Below, in pieces: positions 26,701 to 37,284 of a stretch of 64,000 nucleotides of DNA (positions are counted from its first letter, which is position 1; every line of letters begins with the position of its first letter). Source of the stretch: Auanema rhodensis. Its lineage: Eukaryota > Animalia > Nematoda. The stretch covers positions 12,958,001 to 13,022,000 of the forward strand of contig OZ059894.1 of NCBI GenBank assembly GCA_964057225.1, read 5' to 3'. Both the position numbers and the translations under genes were made by a program. The notes beneath the pieces were generated by a model. The model saw nothing but the letters and a program-made list of their open reading frames with translations, searched no databases and was not told the origin of the DNA.

Positions 26701-29700
26701 CTGTTTAAAATCTTAATTAACGAATGAATTGTTTCAAAACTATTGTAAAAATATGAGATTGTTTCAAAATACGTGATTAAATGAAGAAAATGGAGTAAAA
26801 TGAATTGGAAAATTATAAAATATTTCCATGTTTTATTTTTTTAGTATCAGAAAATTCAAATTAAGATCGTTTTTAATGTTTCAAATCTCAATGAACGAAT
26901 GAATTGTTTCAAAACTATTGTAAAAATATGAGATTGTTTCAAAATACGTGATTAAATGAAGAAAATGGAGCAAAATGAATTTGAAAATTATAAAATATTT
27001 TCATGTTTTATTTCTTGAGTATCAAAATATTTAAACTTTTTTTTTTCACTGTTTAAAATCTTAATGAACGAATGAATTGTTTCAAAACTATTGTAAAAAT
27101 ATGAGATTGTTTCAAAATACGTGATTAAATGAAGAAAATGGAGTAAAATGAATTGGAAAATTATAAAATATTTTCATGTTTTATTTCTTGAGTTTCAAAA
27201 TATTCAAACTTTTTTTTTTCACTGTTTAAAATCTTACAGAACGAATGAATTGTTTCAAAACTATTGTAAAAATTTGAGATTGTTTCAAAATACGTGATTA
27301 AATGAAGAAAATGGAGTAAAATGAATTGGAAAATTATAAAATATTTCCATGTTTTATTTTCTTAGTATCAGAAAATTCAAATTAAGATCGTTTTTAATGT
27401 TTCAAATCTTAATGAACGAATGAATTGTTTCAAAACTATTGTAAAAATATGAGATTGTTTCAAAATACGTGATTAAATGAAGAAAATGGAGTAAAATGAA
27501 TTGGAAAATTATAAAATATTTCCATGTTTTATTTTTTTAGTATCAGAAAATTCAAATTAAGATCGTTTTTAATGTTTCAAATCTCAATGAACGAATGAAT
27601 TGTTTCAAAACTATTGTAAAAATATGAGATTAATTCAAAATACGTGATTAAATGAAGAAAATGGAGTAAAATGAATTGGAAAATTATAAAATATTTTCAT
27701 GTTTTATTTCTTGAGTTTCAAAATATTCAAACTTTTTTTTTTCACTGTTTAAAATCTTAATGAACGAATGAATTGTTTCAAAACTATTGTAAAAATATGA
27801 GATTGTTTCAAAATACGTGATTAAATGAAGAAAATGGAGTAAAATGAATTGGAAAATTATAAAATATTTCCATGTTTTATTTTTTTAGTATCAGAAAATT
27901 CAAATTAAGATCGTTTTTAATGTTTCAAATCTCAATGAACGAATGAATTGTTTCAAAACTATTGTAAAAATATGAGATTAATTCAAAATACGTGATTAAA
28001 TGAAGAAAATGGAGTAAAATGAATTGGAAAATTATGAAATATTTTCATGTTTTATTTCTTGAGTATCAAAATATTCAAACTTTTTTTTTTCACTGTTTAA
28101 AATCTTAATGAACGAATGAATTGTTTCAAAACTATTGTAAAAATATGAGATTAATTCAAAATACGTGATTAAATGAAGAAAATGGAGTAAAATGAATTGG
28201 AAAATTATAAAATATTTTCATGTTTTATTTCTTGAGTTTCAAAATATTCAAACTTTTTTTTTTCACTGTTTAAAATCTTAATGAACGAATGAATTGTTTC
28301 AAAACTATTGTAAAAATATGAGATTGTTTCAAAATACGTGATTAAATGAAGAAAATGGAGTAAAATGAATTGGAAAATTATAAAATATTTTCATGTTTTA
28401 TTTCTTGAGTTTCAAAATATTCAAACTTTTTTTTTTCACTGTTTAAAATCTTACAGAACGAATGAATTGTTTCAAAACTATTGTAAAAATTTGAGATTGT
28501 TTCAAAATACGTGATTAAATGAAGAAAATAGAGTAAAATGAATTGGAAAATTATAAAATATTTCCATGTTTTATTTTCTTAGTATCAGAAAATTCAAATT
28601 AAGATCGTTTCTAATGTTTCAAATCTTAATGAACGAATTAATTGTTTCAAAACTATTGTAAAAATATGAGATTGTTTCAAAATACGTGATTAAATGAAGA
28701 AAATAGAGTAAAATGAATTGGAATATTATAAAATATTTTCATGTTTTATTTCTTGAGTATCAAAATATTCAAACTTTTTTTTTTCACTGTTTAAAATCTT
28801 AATGAACGAATGAATTGTTTCAAAACTATTGTAAAAATTTGAGATTGTTTCAAAATACGTGATTAAATGAAGAAAATAGAGTAAAATGAATTGGAAAATT
28901 ATAAAATATTTTCATGTTTTATTTTTTGAGTATCAAAATAATTAAAATTATATCTACTTTACTGTTAAAAACATTATTAACTGGATGATTTGTTTCGAAA
29001 TTATTGTAAAATTTAAAATTGTTCCAAGAAACATGATTAAATGAAGAAAATAGAGTAAAATGAATTGGAAAATTTTAAAATATTTTCATGTTTTATTTTT
29101 TGAGTATCAAAATATTTGAAATTATATCTTCTTTACTGTTAAAAACATTATTAAATGAATGATTTGTTTCAAAATTATTGTAAAAATTTAAAATTGTTCC
29201 AAGAAACATGATTAAATGAAGAAAATAGAGTAAAATGAATTGGAAAATTATAAAATATTTTCATGTTTTATTTCTTGAGTATCAAAATATTCAAACTTTT
29301 TTTTTCACTGTTTAAAATCTTAATGAACGAATGAATTGTTTCAAAACTATTGTAAAAATTTGAGATTGTTTCAAAATACGTGATTAAATGAAGAAAATGG
29401 AATAAAATGAATTGGAAAATTATAAAATATTTCCATGTTTTATTTTCTTAGTATCAGAAAATTCAATTTAAGATCGTTTTTAATGTTTCAAATCTTAATG
29501 AACGAATGAATTGTTTCAAAACTATTGTAAAAATATGAGATTGTTTCAAAATACGTGATTAAATGAAGGAAATGGAGTAAAATGAATTGGAAAATTATAA
29601 AATATTTTCATGTTTTATTTCTTGAGTTTCAAAATATTCAAACTTTTTTTTTCACTGTTTAAAATCTTAATGAACGAATGAATTGTTTCAAAACTATTGT

Positions 29701-32700
29701 AAAAATATGAGATAAATTCAAAATACGTGATTAAATGAAGAAAATGGAGTAAAATGAATTGGAAAATTATAAAATATTTTCATGTTTTATTTCTTGAGTT
29801 TCAAAATATTCAAACTTTTTTTTTTCACTGTTTGAAATCTTAATGAACGAATGAATTGTTTCAAAACTATAGTAAAAATATGAGATTGTTTCAAAATACG
29901 TGATTAAATGAAGAAAATGGAGTAAAATGAATTGGAAAATTATAAAATATTTTCATGTTTTATTTCTTGAGTTTCAAAATATTCAAACTTTTTTTTTTCA
30001 CTGTTTAAAATCTTAATGAACGAATGAATTGTTTCAAAACTATTGTAAAAATATGAGATTGTTTCAAAATACGTGATTAAATGAAGGAAATGGAGTAAAA
30101 TGAATTGGAAAATTATAAAATATTTTCATGTTTTATTTCTTGAGTTTCAAAATATTCAAACTTTTTTTTTCACTGTTTAAAATCTTAATGAACGAATGAA
30201 TTGTTTCAAAACTATTGTAAAAATATGAGATAAATTCAAAATACGTGATTAAATGAAGAAAATGGAGTAAAATGAATTGGAAAATTATAAAATATTTTCA
30301 TGTTTTATTTCTTGAGTTTCAAAATATTCAAACTTTTTTTTTTCACTGTTTAAAATCTTAATGAACGAATGAATTGTTTCAAAACTATTGTAAAAATATG
30401 AGATTGTTTCAAAATACGTGATTAAATGAAGAAAATGGAGTAAAATGAATTGGAAAATTATAAAATATTTCCATGTTTTATTTTTTTAGTATCAGAAAAT
30501 TCAAATTAAGATCGTTTTTAATGTTTCAAATCTCAATGAACGAATGAATTGTTTCAAAACTATTGTAAAAATATGAGATTGTTTCAAAATACGTGATTAA
30601 ATGAAGAAAATGGAGCAAAATGAATTGGAAAATTATAAAATATTTTCATGTTTTATTTCTTGAGTATCAAAATATTTAAACTTTTTTTTTTCACTGTTTA
30701 AAATCTTACAGAACGAATGAATTGTTTCAAAACTATTGTGAAAATTTGAGATTGTTTCAAAATACGTGATTAAATGAAGAAAATGGAGTAAAATGAATTG
30801 GAAAATTATAAAATATTTCCATGTTTTATTTTCTTAGTATCAGAAAATTCAAATTAAGATCGTTTTCAATGTTTCAAATCTTAATGAACGAATTAATCGT
30901 TTCAAAACTATTGTAAAAATATGAGATTGTTTCAAAATACGTGATTAAATGAAGAAAATAGAGTAAAATGAATTGGAATATTATAAAATATTTTCATGTT
31001 TTATTTCTTGAGTTTCAAAATATTCGAACTTTTTTTTTCACTGTTTAAAATCTTAATGAACGAATGAATTGTTTCAAAACTATTGTAAAAATATGAGATT
31101 GTTTCAAAATACGTGATTAAATGAAGGAAATGGAGTAAAATGAATTGGAAAATTATAAAATATTTTCATGTTTTATTTCTTGAGTTTCAAAATATTCAAA
31201 CTTTTTTTTTCACTGTTTAAAATCTTAATGAACGAATGAATTGTTTCAAAACTATTGTAAAAATTTGAGATTGTTTCAAAATACGTGATTAAATGAAGAA
31301 AATGGAGTAAAATGAATTGGAAAATTATAAAATATTTCCATGTTTTATTTTTTTAGTATCAGAAAATTCAAATTAAGATCGTTTTTAATGTTTCAAATCT
31401 CAATGAACGAATGAATTGTTTCAAAACTATTGTAAAAATATGAGATTGTTTCAAAATACGTGATTAAATGAAGAAAATGGAGTAAAATGAATTGGAAAAT
31501 TATAAAATATTTTCATGTTTTATTTCTTGAGTTTCAAAATATTCAAACTTTTTTTTTTCACTGTTTAAAATCTTAATGAACGAATGAATTGTTTCAAAAC
31601 TATTGTAAAAATTTGAGATTGTTTCAAAATACGTGATTAAATGAAGAAAATGGAGTAAAATGAATTGGAAAATTATAAAATATTTCCATGTTTTATTTTT
31701 TTAGTATCAGAAAATTCAAATTAAGATCGTTTTTAATGTTTCAAATCTCAATGAACGAATGAATTGTTTCAAAACTATTGTAAAAATATGAGATTGTTTC
31801 AAAATACGTGATTAAATGAAGAAAATGAAGTAAAATGAATTGGAAAATTATAAAATATTTTCATGTTTTATTTCTTGAGTTTCAAAATATTCAAACTTTT
31901 TTTTTTCACTGTTTAAAATCTTAATGAACGAATGAATTGTTTCAAAACTATTGTAAAAATTTGAGATTGTTTCAAAATACGTGATTTAATGAAGAAAATA
32001 GAGTAAAATGAATATAGAAAATTATAAAATATTTTCATGTTTTTTTTTTTGAGTATCAAAATAATTAAAATTATATCTACTTTACTGTTAAAAACATTAT
32101 TAACTGGATGATTTGTTTCGAAATTATTGTAAAATTTAAAATTGTTCCGAGAAACATGATTAAATGAAGAAAATAGAGTAAAATGAATTGGAAAATTTTA
32201 AAATATTTTCATGTTTTATTTTTTGAGTATCAAAATATTTAAAATTATATCTTCTTTACTGTTAAAAACATTATTAAATGAATGATTTGTTTCGAAATTA
32301 TTGTAAAAATTTAAAATTGTTCCAAGAAACATGATTAAATGAAGAAAATGGAGTAAAATGAATTGGAAAATTTTAAAATATTTTCATGTTTTATTTTTTG
32401 AGTATCAAAATATTCAAACTTTTTTTTTCACTGTTTAAAATCTTAATGAACGAATGAATTGTTTCAAAACTATTGTAAAAATTTGAGATTGTTTCAAAAT
32501 ACGTGATTAAATGAAGAAAATGGAATAAAATGAATTGGAAAATTATAAAATATTTCCATGTTTTATTTTCTTAGTATCAGAAAATTCAAATTAAGATCGT
32601 TTTTAATGTTTAAAATCTTAATGAACGAATGAATTGTTTCAAAACTATTGTAAAAATATGAGATTGTTTCAAAATACGTGATTAAATGAAGAAAATAGAG

Positions 32701-35700
32701 TAAAATGAATTGGAAAATTATAAAATATTTTCATGTTTTATTTCTTGAGTATCAAAATATTCAAAATTATATCTTTTTTACTGTTAAAAACATTATTAAC
32801 TGGATGATTTGTTTCAAAACTATTGTAAAAATATGAGATTGTTTCAAAATACGTGATCAAATGAAGAAAATGGAGTAAAATGAATTGGAAAATTATAAAA
32901 TATTTTCATGTTTTATTTCTTGAGTATCAAAATATTTAAACTTTTTTTTTTCACTGTTTAAAATCTTACAGAACGAATGAATTGTTTCAAAACTATTGTA
33001 AAAATTTGAGATTGTTTCAAAATACGTGATTAAATGAAGAAAATGGAGTAAAATGAATTAGAAAATTATAAAATATTTCCATGTTTTATTTTCTTATTAT
33101 CAGAAAATTCAAATTAAGATCGTTTTTAATGTTTCAAATCTTAATGAACGAATGAATTGTTTCAAAACTATTGTAAAAATATGAGATTGTTTCAAAATAC
33201 GTGATTAAATGAAGAAAATGGAGTAAAATGAATTGGAAAAATATAAAATATTTTCATGTTTTATTTCTTGAGTTTCAAAATATTCAAACTTTTTTTTTTC
33301 ACTGTTTAAAATCTTAATGAACGAATGAATTGTTTCAAAACTATTGTAAAAATTTGAGATTGTTTCAAAATACGTGATTAAATGAAGAAAATAGAGTAAA
33401 ATGAATTGGAAAATTATAAAATATTTTCATGTTTTATTTTTTGAGTATCAAAATATTTGAAATTATAACTTCTTTACTGTTAAAAACATTATTAACTGGA
33501 TGATTTGTTTCGAAATTATTGTAAAAATTTAAAATTGTTCCAAGAAACATGATTAAATGAAGAAAATAGAGTAAAATGAATTGGAAAATTATAAAATATT
33601 TTCATGTTTTATTTTTTATTTTTTGAGTATCAAAATAATTAAAATTATATCTACTTTACTGTTAAAAACATTATTAACTGGATGATTTGTTTCGAAATTA
33701 TTGTAAAATTTAAAATTGTTCCAAGAAACATGATTAAATGAAGAAAATAGAGTAAAATGAATTGGAAAATTTTAAAATATTTTCATGTTTTATTTCTTGA
33801 GTATCAAAATATTCAAACTTTTTTTTTCACTGTTTAAAATCTTAATGAACGAATGATTTGTTTCGAAATTATTGTAAAATTTAAAATTGTTCCAAGAAAC
33901 ATGATTAAATGAAGAAAATAGAGTAAAATGAATTGGAAAATTTTAAAATATTTTCATGTTTTATTTTTTGAGTATCAAAATATTTAAAATTATATCTTCT
34001 TTACTGTTAAAAACATTATTAAATGAATGATTTGTTTCGAAATTATTGTAAAAATTTAAAATTGTTCCAAGAAACATGATTAAATGAAGAAAATAGAGTA
34101 AAATGAATTGGAAAATTATAAAATATTTTCATGTTTTATTTCTTGAGTATCAAAATATTCAAACTTTTTTTTTCACTGTTTAAAATCTTAATGAACGAAT
34201 GATTTGTTTCGAAATTATTGTAAAATTTAAAATTGTTCCAAGAAACATGATTAAATGAAGAAAATAGAGTAAAATGAATTGGAAAATTTTAAAATATTTT
34301 CATGTTTTATTTTTTGAGTATCAAAATATTTAAAATTATATCTTCTTTACTGTTAAAAACATTATTAAATGAATGATTTGTTTCGAAATTATTGTAAAAA
34401 TTTAAAATTGTTCCAAGAAACATGATTAAATGAAGAAAATGGAATAAAATGAATTGGAAAATTATAAAATATTTCCATGTTTTATTTCTTGAGTATCAAA
34501 ATATTCAAAATTATATCTTTTTTACTGTTAAAAACATTATTAACTGGATGATTTGTTACGAAATTATTGCAAAAATATGAGATTGTTTCAAAATACGTGA
34601 TTAAATGAAGAAAATGGAGTAAAATGAATTGGAAAATTATAAAATATTTTCCTGTTTTATTTCTTGAGTTTCAAAATATTCAAACTTTTTTTTTTCACTG
34701 TTTAAAATCTTAATGAACGAATGAATTGTTTCAAAACTATTGTAAAAATATGAGATTGTTTCAAAATACGTGATTAAATGAAGAAAATAGAGTAAAATGA
34801 ATTGGAATATTATAAAATATTTTCATGTTTTATTTCTTGAGTATCAAAATACTCAAACTTTTTTTTTTCACTGTTTAAAATCTTAATGAACGAATGAATT
34901 GTTTCAAAACTATTGTAAAAATATGAGATTGTTTCAAAATACGTGATTAAATAAAGAAAATGGAGTAAAATGAATTGGAAAATTATAAAATATTTTCATG
35001 TTTTATTTCTTGAGTTTCAAAATATTCAAACTTTTTTTTTTCACTGTTTAAAATCTTAATGAACGAATGAATTGTTTCAAAACTATTGTAAAAATATGAG
35101 ATTGTTTCAAAATACGTGATTAAATGAAGAAAATGGAGTAAAATGAATTGGAAAATTATAAAATATTTCCATGTTTTATTTTCTTAGTATCAGAAAATTC
35201 AAATTAAGATCGTTTTTAATGTTTCAAATCTCAATGAACGAATGAATTGTTTCAAAACTATTGTAAAAATATGAGATTGTTTCAAAATACGTGATTAAAT
35301 GAAGAAAATGGAGTAAAATGAATTGGAAAATTATAAAATATTTCCATGTTTTATTTTCTTATTATCAGAAAATTCAAATTAAGATCGTTTTTAATGTTTC
35401 AAATCTTAATGAACGAATTAATTGTTTCAAAACTATTGTAAAAATATGAGATTGTTTCCAAATACGTGATTAAATGAAGAAAATAGAGTAAAATGAATTG
35501 GAAAATTATAAAATATATCCATGTTTTATTTTTTTTTTTCTTTTTTTTTTCAACTTTTTTTTTTCACTGTTTAAAATCTTAATGAACGAATGAATTGTTT
35601 CAAAACTATTGTAAAAATTTGAGATTGTTTCAAAATACGTGATTAAATGAAGAAAATGGAGTAAAATGAATTGGAAAATTATAAAATATTTCCATGTTTC

Positions 35701-36320
35701 ATTTTTTTAGTATCAGAAAATTCAAATTAAGATCGTTTTTAATGTTTCAAATCTCAATGAACGAATGAATTGTTTCAAAACTATTCTAAAAATATGAGAT
35801 TGTTTCAAAATACGTGATTAAATGAAGAAAATGGAGTAAAATGAATTGGAAAATTATAAAATATTTTCATGTTTTATTTCTTGAGTTTCAAAATATTCAA
35901 ACTTTTTTTTTTCACTGTTTAAAATCTTAATGAACGAATGAATTGTTTCAAAACTATTGTAAAAATTTGAGATTGTTTCAAAATACGTGATTAAATGAAG
36001 AAAATAGAGTAAAATGAATTGGAAAATTATAAAATATTTTCATGTTTTATTTTTTGAGTATCAAAATAATTAAAATTATATCTACTTTACTGTTAAAAAC
36101 ATTATTAACTGGATGATTTGTTTCGAAATTATTGTAAAATTTAAAATTGTTCCAAGAAACATGATTAAATGAAGAAAATAGAGTAAAATGAATTGGAAAA
36201 TTTTAAAATATTTTCATGTTTTATTTTTTGAGTATCAAAATATTTGAAATTATATCTTCTTTACTGTTAAAAACATTATTAAATGAATGATTTGTTTCAA
36301 AATTATTGTAAAAATTTAAA
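20711..36320. repeat. Satellite array, segment 2 (A/B/C, with divergent D-type monomers from about 28.9 kb)
   Basis: Same monomer and orientation as segment 1. D-type monomers carry TTTCGAAATTATTGTAAAA(A)TTTAAAATTGTTCCAAGAAACATG. Confidence 0.98.
23580..26030. repeat. Nested local expansion: (C-A dimer x3 + A) x2, with periods of 350 bp and 1225 bp
   Basis: C markers near 23715, 24065, 24415, 24940, 25290 and 25640. The AAAACATTTCC variant has its C at 24727 and 25952. Confidence 0.85.
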
Positions 36321-36495
36321 TTATATCCCATGTCTTAAGCTATTTATTTTCCAAATAACATATCTTCTCGGTAATCAATAAAACAAAAATTAACAGAAAT
36401 CAACAGTATTTCGTAACACATTGTAAAATGAGCGTATCATTGCCCGTGGTGCTAACCAGTAATGACACGCCCCCTAACTAACACATAAACATCAG
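36321..36495 (+). repeat. Copy 2 left (5') ITR, 175 bp
   Basis: TTATATCCCATGTC...CATAAACATCAG is the reverse complement of 40557-40731. Confidence 0.94.
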
Positions 36496-36527
36496 TTTTA
36501 TTTTCCGACATACGCTGATCGGTCGCT

Positions 36528-37253
36528 ATGCCGTCTTCACGGGAACCTTCAACTCCCCGTGATTTGGATTCTTCGTCACATTATTCGCGTTCGCCTTCGC
36601 GAGAGCAAGATATTCGACGTTCACGTTCTAGATCCGTTTCGTCATCTAGATCCTGTTCACTATCTCTCAGGCCTTTTAAGCGTCAGAGGCCTTGTCCTCA
36701 ACCTAGCTCTGTTCCTTTACCTCCTTCAACTCCAGCCTCCAAGGAACGACCGGTTATCTCGCTTGCGGAAGATCTTCTTACTAACTTTGAACATCTCGCA
36801 GCTGGTATTACTCTCCTTCCTTCGGACCGCTCATCACTAATTCAAGAACTCCCTCGCCCGGAATCCATCTTAGCAGATCTCCCGGTGTTGGACTCTAAAC
36901 TTCAAAATCTTTTGGATGGCTCAACGAGATCATTTCATAAAGTATCAGAACAGGAGTTACGAGGACTTTACGAAAACGAGTTACAAGTTTTGAATATCGT
37001 TACTATTATCCGTTTTCTCGGATCCAATGATGAAGGTGGCCCACTTTCTCCGAAAGTTGCTGGTTATCTCTCAATTCTGGAACGCTTTGTCAGTGCAAAT
37101 CTGCGCACTTTCTTAGGAGCAACTCGAGAGCTTGCCCTTCTCAGAATGGGATTCTCTCGCCCTTCACAGAGCATGCCGAACTATCGTAAAGTTGGCCTTA
37201 GTTCGTCTTCCTCCTTTGATACGGTACTAGGAGTAAGTCACTCCGCCTTTTAA
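36528..37253 (+). CDS. gag: Gag-like ORF1 of DIRS copy 2 (241 aa unspliced)
   Basis: ATG 33 bp after the left ITR, in the position typical of DIRS ORF1. Differences from copy 1 are mostly synonymous in this frame. Confidence 0.8.
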   Translation: MPSSREPSTPRDLDSSSHYSRSPSREQDIRRSRSRSVSSSRSCSLSLRPFKRQRPCPQPSSVPLPPSTPASKERPVISLAEDLLTNFEHLAAGITLLPSDRSSLIQELPRPESILADLPVLDSKLQNLLDGSTRSFHKVSEQELRGLYENELQVLNIVTIIRFLGSNDEGGPLSPKVAGYLSILERFVSANLRTFLGATRELALLRMGFSRPSQSMPNYRKVGLSSSSSFDTVLGVSHSAF

Positions 37254-37275
37254 CCTTATATTATTTGTTTTACAG
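37233..37275 (+). other. Predicted 43-nt spliceosomal intron joining gag and pol (copy 2)
   Basis: GGA|GTAAGT donor, TTTTAAC branch-like motif and T-rich tract ending TTTTACAG|GCT. Phase 0, and removal puts gag in frame with pol. Confidence 0.75.
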
Positions 37276-37284
37276 GCTCAGGCC

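Noticed and set aside
36559-36840. 93-aa alternative-frame ORF within gag (also 20191-20472)
   Set aside because: It has a GTG start, and SNPs that are silent in gag change residues here (L/H, SA/LV), so this frame is not constrained.
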